A program made the position numbers and the translations under genes. The notes beneath the pieces were generated by a model, which saw nothing but the letters and a program-made list of their open reading frames with translations, had not been told where the DNA came from and ran no database searches. From the NCBI RefSeq assembly GCF_963921235.1, contig NC_086098.1, positions 1,178,001-1,242,000 of the forward strand: a stretch of DNA of 64,000 bases, read 5' to 3'. Below, piece by piece: positions 39,701 through 54,800 of the stretch; position 1 is the first letter of the stretch; each line of letters starts with the position of its first letter. Origin of the DNA: Mobula hypostoma. Taxonomy: Eukaryota.

Positions 39701-42700
39701 GTACATTCTCAATACCCACCTACTCTCTCCGTACACTCTCAATAAACACCTACCCTCTCCGTACACTCTCAATACCCACCTATCCTCTCCACACACTCTC
39801 AATACCCACATACCCTCTCATACACTCTCAATACCCAGCTACCCTCTCCGTACACTTTCAATACCCACCTACCCTCTACTACACTTTCAATACCCACCTA
39901 CAATCTCCGTAAACTCTCAATACCCACCTATGCTCTCCACACACTCTCAATACACACATACCCTCTCATACACTCTCAATACCCAGCTACCCTCTCCGTA
40001 CACTCTCAATACTCACCTACCCTCTCCGTACACTCTCAATACCCACCTACCCTCTCCGTACACTCTCAATACCCACCTACCCTCTCCGTACACTCTCAAT
40101 ACCCACCTACCCTCTCCACACAATCTCAATAACCACATACCCTGTCATACACTCTAAATACCTAGCGACACTCTCCATACACTCTCAATAACCATCTAAT
40201 CTCTGTACACTCTCAATACCCACCTACCCTCTCCGTACACTCTCAATACCCACCTACCCTCTTCGTGCACTCTCAATACCCACCTACCCTCTCCACACAC
40301 TCTCAATACCCACATACCTTCTCATACACTCTCAATACCCACCTACCCACTCCGTACACTCTGAATACCCACTTAAACTCTGTACACTCTCAATACACAC
40401 CTACCCTCTCTGTACACTCTCAATACAGACCTACCCTCTCCGTACACTCTCAATACCCACCTATCGTCTCCGTGCACTCTCAATACCCACCTACCCTCTC
40501 CGTGCACTCTCAATAACCAGCTACCCTCTCCGTACACTCTAAATACCCAGCTACCCTCTCCTACACTCTCAATACTCACCTACCCTCTCTGTACACTCTC
40601 AATACCCACCAACCCTCTCTGTACACTCTCAATACCCAGCTACCCTCTCCTACACTCTCAATAACCACCTACCCTCTCCGTACACTCTCAATACCCACCT
40701 ACTCTCTCCGTACACTCTCAATACACACCTACCCTCTCCGTACACTCTCAATACACACCTACCCTCTCCGTACACTCTCAATACCCACCTACCCTCTCCA
40801 TACACTCTCAATACCCACCAACACTCTCCGTGCAGTCTCAATACGCACTGACCTTCTCCGTACACTCTCAATACCCACCTACCCTCTCATACACTCTCAA
40901 TACCCACCTACACTCTCCGTACACTCTCAATACCCACCTATGCTCTCCACACACTCTCAATACCCACATACCCTCTCATACACTCTCAATAACCAGCTAC
41001 ACTCTCCGTACACTTTCAATACCCACCTACCCTCTCATACACTCTCAATACCCACCTACCCTCTCCGTACACTCTCAATACACACCTACCCTCTCGACAC
41101 AATCTCAATAACCACATACCCTCTCATACACTCTCAATACCTAGCTACCCTCTCCATACACTCTCAATAACCATCTAATCTCCGTACACTCTCAATACCC
41201 ACCTACCCTCTTCATGCACTCTCAATACCCACCTACTCTCTCCGTACACTCTCAATACTCACCTACCCTCTGCGTACACTCTCAATACCCACCTACCCGC
41301 TCCGTACACTCTCAATACCCAGCTACCCTCTCCGTACATTCTCAATACCCACCTACTCTCTCCGTACACTCTCAATAAACACCTACCCTCTCCGTACACT
41401 CTCAATACCCACCTATCCTCTCCACACACTCTCAATACCCACATACCCTCTCATACACTCTCAATACCCAGCTACCCTCTCCGTACACTCTCAATACTCA
41501 CCTACCCTCTCCGTACACTCTCAATACCCACCTACCCTCTCCGTACACTCTCAATACACACCTACCCTCTCCACACAATCTCAATAACCACATACCCTGT
41601 CATACACTCTAAATACCTAGCGACACTCTCCATACACTCTCAATAACCATCTAATCTCTGTACACTCTCAATACCCACCTACCCTCTCCGTACACTCTCA
41701 ATACCCACCTACCCTCTTCGTGCACTCTCAATACCCACCTACCCTCTCCACACACTCTCAATACCCACATACCTTCTCATACACTCTCAATACCCACCTA
41801 CCCACTCCGTACACTCTGAATACCCACTTAAACTCTGTACACTCTCAATACACACCTACCCTCTCTGTACACTCTCAATACACACCTACCCTCTCCGTAC
41901 ACTCTCAATACCCACCTATCGTCTCCGTGCACTCTCAATACCCACCTACCCTCTCCGTACACTCTCAATAACCAGCTACCCTCTCCGTACACTCTAAATA
42001 CCCAGCTACCCTCTCCTACACTCTCAATACTCACCTACCCTCTCTGTACACTCTCAATACCCACCAACCCTCTCTGTACACTCTCAATACCCAGCTACCC
42101 TCTCCTACACTCTCAATAACCACCTACCCTCTCCGTACACTCTCAATACCCACCTACTCTCTCCGTACACTCTCAATACACACCTACCCTCTCCGTACAC
42201 TCTCAATACACACCTACCCTCTCCGTACACTCTCAATACCCACCTACCCTCTCCATACACTCTCAATACCCACCAACACTCTCCGTGCAGTCTCAATACG
42301 CACTGACCTTCTCCGTACACTCTCAATACCCACCTACCCTCTCATACACTCTCAATACCCACCTACACTCTCCGTACACTCTCAATACCCACCTATGCTC
42401 TCCACACACTCTCAATACCCACATACCCTCTCATACACTCTCAATAACCAGCTACACTCTCCGTACACTTTCAATACCCACCTACCCTCTCATACACTCT
42501 CAATACCCACCTACCCTCTCCGTACACTCTCAATACACACCTACCCTCTCGACACAATCTCAATAACCACATACCCTCTCATACACTCTCAATACCTAGC
42601 TACCCTCTCCATACACTCTCAATAACCATCTAATCTCCGTACACTCTCAATACCCACCTACCCTCTTCATGCACTCTCAATACCCACCTACTCTCTCCGT

Positions 42701-45700
42701 ACACTCTCAATACTCACCTACCCTCTGCGTACACTCTCAATACCCACCTACCCGCTCCGTACACTCTCAATACCCAGCTACCCTCTCCGTACATTCTCAA
42801 TACCCACCTACTCTCTCCGTACACTCTCAATAAACACCTACCCTCTCCGTACACTCTCAATACCCACCTATCCTCTCCACACACTCTCAATACCCACATA
42901 CCCTCTCATACACTCTCAATACCCAGCTACCCTCTCCGTACACTTTCAATACCCACCTACCCTCTACTACACTTTCAATACCCACCTACAATCTCCGTAA
43001 ACTCTCAATACCCACCTATGCTCTCCACACACTCTCAATACACACATACCCTCTCATACACTCTCAATACCCACCTACCCTCTCCGTACACTCTCAATAC
43101 CCACCTACCCTCTCCGTACACTCTCAATACCCACCTACCCTCTCCGTACACTCTCAATACCCACCTACCCTCTCCGTACACTCTCAATACCCACCTACCC
43201 TCTCCACACAATCTCAATAACCACATACCCTGTCATACACTCTAAATACCTAGCGACACTCTCCATACACTCTCAATAACCATCTAATCTCTGTACACTC
43301 TCAATACCCACCTACCCTCTCCGTACACTCTCAATACCCACCTACCCTCTTCGTGCACTCTCAATACCCACCTACCCTCTCCACACACTCTCAATACCCA
43401 CATACCTTCTCATACACTCTCAATACCCACCTACCCACTCCGTACACTCTGAATACCCACCTAAACTCTGTACACTCTCAATACACACCTACCCTCTCTG
43501 TACACTCTCAATACACACCTACCCTCTCCGTACACTCTCAATACCCACCTATCGTCTCCGTGCACTCTCAATACCCACCTACCCTCTCCGTACACTCTCA
43601 ATAACAAGCTACCCTCTCCGTACACTCTAAATACCCAGCTACCCTCTCCTACACTCTCAATACTCACCTACCCTCTCTGTACACTCTCAATACCCACCTA
43701 CCCTCTCTGTACACTCTCAATACCCAGCTACCCTCTCCTACACTCTCAATAACCACCTACCCTCTCCGTACACTCTCAATACCCACCTACTCTCTCCGTA
43801 CACTCTCAATACACACCTACCCTCTCCGTACACTCTCAATACACACCTACCCTCTCCGTACACTCTCAATACCCACCAACAATCTCCGTACACTCTCAGT
43901 ACCCACCTACCCTCTCCGTACACTCTCAATACCCACCTACCCTCTCCGTACACAGTCAATACCGACCTACACTCTGTGTAAACTCTCAATACCCACCTAC
44001 CCTCACCGTACACTCTCAATATCAACCTACCCTCTCCATACACTCTCAATACCCACCTACCCTCTCCGTGCAGTCTCAATACGCACTGACCTTCTCCGTA
44101 CACTCTCAATACCCACCTAACCTCTCGTACACTCTCAATACCTACCTACACTCTCTATACACTCTCAAAACCCACCAACTGTCTCCACACACTCTCAATA
44201 CCCACATACCCTCTCATACACTCTTAATACCCACCGACCCTCTCCGTACACTCTCAATACCCACCTACCCTCTCGGACACTCTCAATACCCACCTACACT
44301 CTCCGTACACTCTCAATACCCACCTATCCTCTCTGTACACTCTCTCCGTACACTCTCAATAAACACCTACCCTCTCCGTACACTCTCAATACCCACCTAT
44401 CCTCTCCACACACTCTCAATACCCACATACCCTCTCATACACTCTCAATACCGACCTACCCTCTCCTACACTCTTAATACCCACCTACACTCTCCGTAAA
44501 CTCTCAATACCCACCTATGCTCTCCACACACTCTCAATACCCACATACCCTCTCATACACTCTCAATACCCAGGTACACTCTCCGTACACTCTCAATACT
44601 CACCTACCCTCTACGTACACTCTCAATACCCACCTACCCTCTCCGTACACTCTCAATACCCACCTACCCTCTCCGTACACTCTCAATACCCACCTACCCT
44701 CTCCACACAATCTCAATAACCACATACCCTCTCATACACTCTCAATACCTAGCTACACTCTCCATACACTCTCAATACCCACCTACTCTCTCCGTACACT
44801 CTCAATACCCACCTACTCTCTCCGTACACTCTCAATACCCACCTACTCTCTCCGTACACTCTCAATACCCACCTACCCGCTCCGTACACTCTCAATACCC
44901 AGCTACCCTCTCTGTACACTCTCAATACCCACCTACCCTCTCCGTGCACTCTCAATACCCACCTACCCTCTCCCTACACTCTCAATACCCAGCTACCCTC
45001 TCCGTACACTCTAAATACCCAGCTACCCTCTCCTACACTCTCAATACTCACCTACCCTATCTGTACACTCTCAATACCCACCTACCCTCTCCGTACACTC
45101 TCAATATCCAGCTACCCTCTCCTACACTCTCAATACCCACCTACCCTCTCCGTACACTGTCAATACCCACCTACTCTCTCCGTTCACTCTCAATACACAC
45201 CTACCCTCTCCGTACACTCTCAATACCCACCTACCCTCTCCGTACACTCTCAATACCCACCAACAATCTCCGTACACTCTCAGTACCCACGTACCCTCTC
45301 CGTACACTCTCATTACCCACCTACCCTCTCCGTATACTCTCAATACCCACCTACCCTCTCCGTACACTCTCAATACTCAGCTACGCTCTCCTACACTCTC
45401 AGTACCCACCGACCCGCTCCGTACACTCTCATTACCCACCTACCCTCTCCGTATACTCTCAATACCCACCTACCCACTCCGTACACACTCAATACCCACC
45501 TAAACTCTGTACACTCTCAATACACACCTACCCTCTCTGTACACTCTCAATACACACCTACCCTCTCCGTACACTCTCAATACCCACCTATCGTCTCCGT
45601 GCACTCTCAATACCCACCTACCCTCTCCGTACACTCACAATACCCAGCTACCCTCTCCGTACACTCTAAATACCCAGCTACCCTCTCCTACACTCTCAAT

Positions 45701-47635
45701 ACTCACCTACGCTCTCTGTTCACTCTCAATACCCACCTACCCTCTCTGTACACTCTCAATACCCAGCTACCCTCTCCTACACTCTCAATACCCACCTACT
45801 CTCTCCGTACACTCTCAATACACCTACCCTCTCCGTACACTCTCAATACACACCTACCCGTACACTCTCAATACCCACCTACCCTCTCCGTACACTCTCA
45901 ATACCCACCAACAATCTCCGTACACTCTCAGTACCTACCTACCCTCTCCGTACACTCTCAATACCCACCTACCCTCTCCGTACACACTCAATACCGACCT
46001 ACACTCTCTGTAATCTCTCAATACCCACCTACCCTCACCGTACACTCTCAATATCAACCTACCCTCTCCATACACTCTCAATACCCACCAACACTCTCCG
46101 TGCAGTCTCAATACGCACTGACCTTCTCCGTACACTCTCAATACCCACCTACCCTCTCATACACTCTCAATACCCACCTACACTCTCCGTACACTCTCAA
46201 TACCCACCTATGCTCTCCACACACTCTCAATACCCACATACCCTCTCATACACTCTCAATATCCAGCTACACTCTCCGTACACTTTCAATACCCACCTAC
46301 CCTCTCCTACACTCTCAATACCCACCTACACTCTCCGTAAACTCTCAATACCCACCTATGCTCTCCACACACTCTCAATACCCACATACCCTCTCATACA
46401 CTCTCAATACCCAGCTACCCTCTCACGTACACTCTCAATACTCACCTACCCTCTCCGTACACTCTCAATACCCACCTACCCTCTCCGTACACTCTCAATA
46501 CCCACCTACCCTCTCCATACACTCTCAATACCCACCTACCCTCTCCGTACACTCTCAATACGCACCAACAATCTCTGTAAACTCTCAGTACCCACGTACC
46601 CTCTCCGTACACTCTCATTACCCACCTACCCTCTCAGTATACTCTCAATACCCACCTACCCTCTCCGTACACTCTCAATACTCAGCTACGCTCTCCTACA
46701 CTCTCAGTACCCACCTACCCGCTCCGTACACTCTCATTACCCACCTACCCTCTCCGTATACTCCCAATACCCACCTACCCACTCCGTACACACTCAATAC
46801 CCACCTAAACTCTGTACACTCTCAATACACACCTACCCTCTCTGTACACTCTCAATACACACCTACCCTCTCCGTACACTCTCAATACCCACCTATCGTC
46901 TCCGTGCACTCTGAATACCCACCTACCCTCTCCGTACACTCTAAATACCCAGCTACCCTCTCCTACACTCTCAATACTCACCTACGCTCTCTGTTCACTC
47001 TCAATACCCACCTACCCTCTCTGTACACTTACAATACCCAGCTACCCTCTCCGTACACTCTAAATACCCAGCTACCCTCTCCTACACTCTCAATACTCAC
47101 CTACGCTCTCTGTTCACTCTCAATACCCACCTACCCTCTCTGTACACTCTCAATACCCAGCTACCCTCTCCTACACTCTGAATACCCACCTACTCTCTCC
47201 GTACACTCTCAATACACCTACCCTCTCCGTACACTCTCAATACACACCTACCCTCTCCGTACACTCTCAATACCCACCTACCCTCTCCGTACACTCTCAA
47301 TACCCACCAACAATCTCCGTACACTCTCAGTACCTACCTACCCTCTCCGTACACTCTCAATACCCACCTACCCTCTCCGTACACACTCAATACCGACCTA
47401 CACTCTCCGTAATCTCTCAATACCCACCTACCCTCACCGTACACTCTCAATATCAACCTACCCTCTCCATACACTCTCAATACCCACCAACACTCTCCGT
47501 GCAGTCTCAATACGCACTGACCTTCTCCGTACACTCTCAATACCCACCTACCCTCTCATACACTCTCAATACCCACCTACACTCTCCGTACACTCTCAAT
47601 ACCCACCTATGCTCTCCACACACTCTCAATACCCA
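18738..47635. repeat. 30-bp satellite array, proximal domain (consensus TACACTCTCAATACCCACCTACCCTCTCCG)
   Basis: Continuous tandem 28-30-bp monomers with recurring ordered variants. Confidence 0.98.
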
Positions 47636-48848
47636 TATATATTTGGATGTGGTATATTTGGATTTTCAAAAGGCTTTTGACAAGGTCCCACATAGGAGAT
47701 TAGTGTGCAAACTTAAAGCACACGGTATTGGGGGTAAGGTATTGGTGTGGGTGGAGAATTGGTTAGCAGACAGGAAGCAAAGAGTGGGAATAAACGGGAC
47801 CTTTTCAGAATGGCAGGCGGTGACTAGTGGGGTACCGCAAGGCTCAGTGCTGGGACCCCAGTTGTTTACAATATATATTAATGACTTGGATGAGGGAATT
47901 AAATGCAGCATCTCCAAGTTTGCGGATGACACGAAGCTGGGTGGCAGTGTTAGCAGTGAGGAGGATGCTAAGAGGATGCAGGGTGACTTGGATAGGTTGG
48001 GTGAGTGGGCAAACTCATGGCAGATGCAATTTTATGTGGATAAATGTGAAGTTATCCACTTTGGTGGCAAAAATAGGAAAACAGATTATTATCTGAATGG
48101 TGGCCGATTAGGAAAAGGGGAGGTGCAACGAGACCTGGGTGTCATTATACACCAGTCATTGAAAGTGGGCATGCAGGTACAGCAGGCGGTGAAAAAGGCG
48201 AACGGTATGCTGGCATTTATAGCGAGAGGATTCGAGTACAGGAGCAGGGAGGTACTACTGCAGTTGTACAAGGCCTTGGTGAGACCACACCTGGAGTATT
48301 GTGTGCAGTTTTGGTCCCCTAATCTGAGGAAAGACATCTTTGCCATAGAGGGAGTACAAAGAAGGTTCACCAGATTGATTCCTGGGATGGCAGGTCTTTC
48401 ATATGAAGAAAGACTGGATGAACTGGGCTTGTACTCGTTGGAATTCAGAAGATTGAGGGGGGATCTGATTGAAACGTATAAGATCCTAAAGGGATTGGAC
48501 AGGCTAGATGCAGGAAGATTGTTCCCGATGTTGGGGAGGTCTAGAACGAGGGGTCACAGTTTGAGGATAGAGGGGAAGCCTTTTAGGACCGAGGTTAGGA
48601 AAAACTTCTTCACACAGAGAGTGGTGAATCTGTGGAATTCTCTGCCACAGCAAACTGTTGAGGCCAGTTCATTAGCTATGTTTAAAAGGAAGTTAGATAT
48701 GGCCCTTGTGGCTACAGGGGTCAGGGGGTATGGAGGGAAGGCTGGGTTCTGAGTTGGATGATCAGCCATGATCATAATAAATGGCGGTGCAGGCTCGAAG
48801 GGCCGAATGGCCTACTCCTGCACCTATTTTCTATGTTTCTATGTTTCT
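47636..48848 (+). mobile_element. 5'-truncated CR1 (same family as 3178-7407) inserted in the satellite
   Basis: Uninterrupted RT frame from [14 protein letters not shown] to TGA (48750-48752). 3' UTR contains GGCTCGAAGGGCCGAATGGCC and a (TTTCTATG)n tail. Confidence 0.96.
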
Positions 48849-51800
48849 AATACACACCTACCCTCTCCGTACACTCTCAATACCCACCTACCCTCTCCGT
48901 ACACTCTCAATACCCACCAACAATCTCCGTACACTCTCAGTAACCACCTACCCTCTCCGTACACTCTCAATACCCACCTACCCTCTCCGTACACAGTCAA
49001 TACCGACCTACACTCTGTGTAAACTCTCAATACCCACCTACCCTCACCGTACACTCTCAATATCAACCTACCCTGTCCATACACACTCAATACCCACCTA
49101 CCCTCTCCGTGCAGTCTCAATACGCACTGACCTTCTCCGTACACTCTCAATACCCACCTAACCTCTCGTACACTCTCAATACCTACCTACACTCTCTGTA
49201 CACTCTCAAAACCCACCAACCGTCTCTACACACTCTCAATACCCACATACAATCTCATACACTCTCAATACCCACCGACCCTCTCCGTACACTCTCAATA
49301 CCCACCTACCCTCTCGTGCACTCTCAATACCCACCTACACTCTCCGTACACTCTCAATACCCACCTATCCTCTCCACACACTCTCAATACCCACATACCC
49401 TCTCATACACTCTCAATACCCACCTATCCTCTCTGTACACTCTCAATACCCACCTACTCTCTCCGTACACTCTCAATAAACACCTACCCTCTCCGTACAC
49501 TCTCAATACCCACCTATCCTCTCCACACACTCTCAATACCCACATACCCTCTCATACACTCTCAATACCCAGCTACCCTCTCCGTACACTTTCAATACCC
49601 ACCTACCCTCTCAATACCCACCTACACTCTCCGTAAACTCTCAATACCCACCTATGCTCTCCACACACTCTCAATACCCACATACCCTCTCATACACTCT
49701 CAATACTCACCTACCCTCTCCGTACACTCTCAATACTCACCTACCCTCTCCGTACACTCTCAATACCTACCTACCCTCTCAGTACACTCTCATTACCCAC
49801 CTACCCTCTCCGTACACTCTCAATACCCACCTACACTCTCCACACAATCTCAATAACCACATACCCTCTCATACACTCTCAATACCTAGCTACCCTCTCC
49901 ATACACTCTCCATACCCACCTACCCTCTCCGTACACTCTCAATACCCACCTACCCTCTCCACACAATCTCAATAACCACATACCCTCTCATACACTCTCA
50001 ATACCAAGCTACCCTCTCCATACACTCTCAATACCCACCTACTCTCTCCGTACACTCTCAATACCCACCTACCCTCTCCGTACACTCTCAATACCGACCT
50101 ACCCTCTCCGTGCACTCTCAATACCCACCTACCCCCTCCGTACACTCTCAATACTCACCTACCCTCTCCGTACACTCTCAATACCCACCTACCCGCTCCG
50201 TACACTCTCAATACCCAGCTACCCTCTCCGTCCACTCTCAATACCCACCTACCCTCTCCGTACACTCTAAATACCCAGCTACCCTCTCCTACACTCTCAA
50301 TACCCACCTACCCTCTCCGTACACTCTCAATACCCACCAACAATCTCCGTACACTCTGAGTACCCACCTACCGTCTCCGTACACTCTCATTACCCACCTA
50401 CCCTCTCCGTACACACTCAATACCCACCTACACTCTCTGTAAACTCTCAATACCCACCTACCCTCACCGTACACTCTCAATACCCACCTACACTCTCCGT
50501 ACACTCTCAATACCCACCTATCCTCTCCACGCACTCTCAATACCCACATAACCTCTCATACACTCTCAATACCCACCTACCCTCTCCGTACACTTTCAAT
50601 ACCCACCTACTCTCTCCGTACACTCTCAATAAACACCTACCCTCTCCGTACACTCGCAATACCCACCTATCCTCTCCACACACTGTCAATACCCACGTAC
50701 CCTCTCATACACTCTCAATACCCAGCTGCCCTCTCCGTACACTCTCAATACCCACCTACCCTCTCCTACACTCTCAATACCCACCTACACTCTCCGTGAA
50801 CTCTCAATACCCACCTATCCTCTCCACACACTCGCAATAACCACATATCCTCTCTGTACACTCTGAATACCCAGCTACCCTCTCCTACACTCTTAATACC
50901 CACCTACCCTCTCCGTACACTCTCAATACCCATCTACTCTCTCCGTACACTCTCAATACACACCTACCCTCTCTGTACACTCTCAATATCCACCTATCCT
51001 CTACGTACACTCTCAATACCCACCTACCCTCTCCGTACACTCTCAATACCCACCAACAATCTCCGTACACTCTCAATACCCACCTACCCTAGCAGTACAC
51101 TCTCAATACTCACCTACCCTCTCCGTACACTCTCAATACCAACCTACCCGCTCCGTACACTCTCAATACCCAGCTACCCTCTCCGTACACTCTCAATACC
51201 CACCTACCCTCTCCGTGCACTCTCAATACCCACCTACCCTCTCCCTACACTCTCAATACCCAGCTACCCTCTCTGTACACTCTAAATACCCAGCTACCCT
51301 CTCCTACACTCTCAATACTCACCTACCCTATCTGTACACTCTGAATACCCACCTACCCTCTCCGTACACTCTCAATACCCACCTACCCTCTCCGTACACT
51401 GTCAATACCCACCTACTCTCTCCGTTCACTCTCAATACACACCTACCCTCTCCGTACACTCTCAATACCCACCTACCATCTCCGTGCACTCTCAATACCC
51501 ACCTACCCTCTCCGTACACTCTCAATACCCACCAACAATCTCCGTACACTCTCAGTACCCACCTACCCTCTCCGTACACTCTCATTACCCACCTACCCTC
51601 TCCGTATACTCTCAATACCCACCTACCCTCTCCGTACACTCTCAATACCCAGCTACCCTCTCCTACACTCTCAATACCCAGCTACCCGCTCCGTACACTC
51701 TCAATACCCACCTACTCTCTCCGTACACTCTCAATACCCACCTACCCTCTCCACACACTCTCAATACCCACATACCCTCTCATACACTCTCAATACCCAC

Positions 51801-54800
51801 CTACCCACTCCGTACACTCTCAATACCCACCTAAACTCTGTACACTCTCAATACACACCTACCCTCTCTGTAGACTCTCAATACACACCTACCCTCTCCG
51901 TACACTCTCAATACCCACCTATCGTCTCCGTGGACTCTCAATACCCACCTACCCTCTCCGTGCACTCACAATACCCAGCTACCCTCTCCGTACACTCTAA
52001 ATACCCAGCTACCCTCTCCTACACTCTCAATACTCACCTACGCTCTCTGTTCACTCTCAATACCCACCTACCCTCTCTGTACACTCTCAATACCCACCTA
52101 CCCTCTCCTACACTCTCAATACCCACCTACCCTCTCAGTACACTCTCAATACCCACCTACTCTCTCCGTACACTCTCAATACACACCTATCCTCTCCGTA
52201 CACTCTGAATACACACCTACCCTCTCCGTACACTCTCAATACCCACCTACCCTCTCCGTACACTCTCAATACCCACCAACAATCTGGGTACACTCTCAGT
52301 ACCTACCTACCCTCTCCGTACACTCTCAATACCCACCTACCCTCTCCGTACACACTCAATACCGACCTACAGTCTCTGTAATCTTTCATTACCCACCTAC
52401 CCTCACCGTAAACTCTCAAAATCAACCTACCCTCTCCATACACTCTCAATACCCACCTACACTCTCCGTGCAGTCTCAATACGCACTGACCTTCTCCGTA
52501 CACTCTCAATACCCACCTACCCTCTCGTACACTCTCAATACCCACCTACACTCTCCGTACACTCTCAATACCCACCTATCCTCTCCACACACTCTCAATA
52601 CCCACATACCCTCTCATACACTCTCAATATCCAGCTACACTCTCCGTACACTTTCAATACCCACCTACACTCTCCTACACTCTCAATACCCACCTACACG
52701 CTCGGTAAACTCTCAATACCCACCTATGCTCTCCACACACTCTCAATACCCACATACCCTCTCATACACTCTCAATACCCAGCTACCCTCTCACGTACAC
52801 TCTCAATACTCACCTACCCTCTCCGTACACTCTCAATACCCACCTACCCTCTCCGTACACTCTCAATACCCACCTACCCTCTCCGTACACTCTCAATACA
52901 CACCTACCCTCTCGACACAATCTCAATAACCACATACCCTCTCATACACTCTCAATACCTAGCTACCCTCTCCATACACTCTCAATAACCATCTAATCTC
53001 CGTACACTCTCAATACCCACCTACCCTCTTCGTGCACTCTCAATACCCTCCTACTCTCTCCGTACACTCTCAATACTCCCCTACCCTCTGCGTACACTCT
53101 CAATACCCACCTACCCGCTCCGTACACTCTCAATACCCAGCTACCCTCTCCGTACATTCTCAATACCCACCTACCCTCTCCGTGCACTCTCAATACCCAC
53201 CTACCCTCTCCGTGCACTCTCAATACCCACCTACCCTCTCCGTACACTCTCAATACCCAGCTACCCTCTCGGTACACTCTAAATACCCAGCTACCCTCTC
53301 CTACACTCTCAATACTCACCTACCCTCTCTGTACACTCTCAATACCCACCTACCCTCACTGTACACTCTCAATACCCACCTACCCTCTCCGTACACTATC
53401 AATACCCAGCTACCCTCTCCTACACTCTCAATACCCACCTACCCTCTCCGTACACTCTCAATACCCACCAACAATCTCCGTACACTCTCAGTACCCACCT
53501 ACCCTCTCCGTACACTCTCATTACCCACCTACCCTCTCCGTACACACTCAATACCCACCTACACTCTCTGTAAACTCTCAATACCCACCTACCCTCACCG
53601 TACACTCTCAATATCAACCTATCCTCTCCATACACTCGCAATACCCACCTACACTCTCCGTGCAGTCTCAATACACACCGACCCTGTCCGTACACTCTCA
53701 ATACCCACCTAACCTCTCGTAACTCTCAATACCTACCTACACTCTCGGTACACTCTCAAAACCCACCTACCGTCTCCACACACTCTCAACACCCAGATAC
53801 CCTCTCATACACTCTCAATACCCACCTACCCTCACCGTACACTCTCAATACCCACCTACCCTCTCCTACACTCTCAATACCCACCTACCCTCTCAGTACA
53901 CTCTCAATACCCACCTACTCTCTCTGTACACTCTCAATACACACCTACCCTCTCCGTACACTCTCAATACCCACCTACACTCTCCGTACACTCTCAATAC
54001 CCACCTACCCTCTCCTACACTCTCAATACCCACCTACCCTCTCAGTACACTCTCAATACCCACCTACTCTCTCCGTACACTCTCAATACACACCTACCCT
54101 CTCTGTACACTCTCAATACCCACCTACCCTCTCCGTACACTCTCAATACCCACCAACAATCTCCGTACACTCTCAGTACCTACCTACCCTCTCCGTACAC
54201 TCTCAATACCCACCTACCCTCTCCGTACACTAAATACCGACCTACACTCTCTGTAATCTCTCAATACCCACCTACCCTCACCGTACACTCTCAATATCAA
54301 CCTACCCTCTCCATACACTCTCAATACCCACCTACTCTCTCCGTGCAGTCTCAATACGCACTGACCTTCTCCGTACACTCTCAATACCCACCTACCCTCT
54401 CGTACACTCTCAATACCCACCTACACTCTCCGTACACTCTCAATACCCACCTATCCTCTCCACACACTCTCAATACCCACATACCCTCTCATACACTCTC
54501 AATATCCAGCTACACTCTCCGTACACTTTCAATACCCACCTACACTCTCCTACACTCTCAATACCCACCTACACGCTCGGTAAACTCTCAATACCCACCT
54601 ATGCTCTCCACACACTCTCAATACCCACATACCCTCTCATACACTCTCAATACCCAGCTACCCTCTCACGTACACTCTCAATACTCACCTACCCTCTCCG
54701 TACACTCTCAATACCCACCTACCCTCTCCGTACACTCTCAATACCCACCTACCCTCTCCGTACACTCTCAATACACACCTACCCTCTCCGTACACTCGCA

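Noticed and set aside
47499..48752. 417-aa satellite-RT fusion ORF as a novel gene
   Set aside because: It starts at a GTG in the satellite, any satellite frame is open by default, and the RT lacks its N-terminus and endonuclease. This is a chance fusion.
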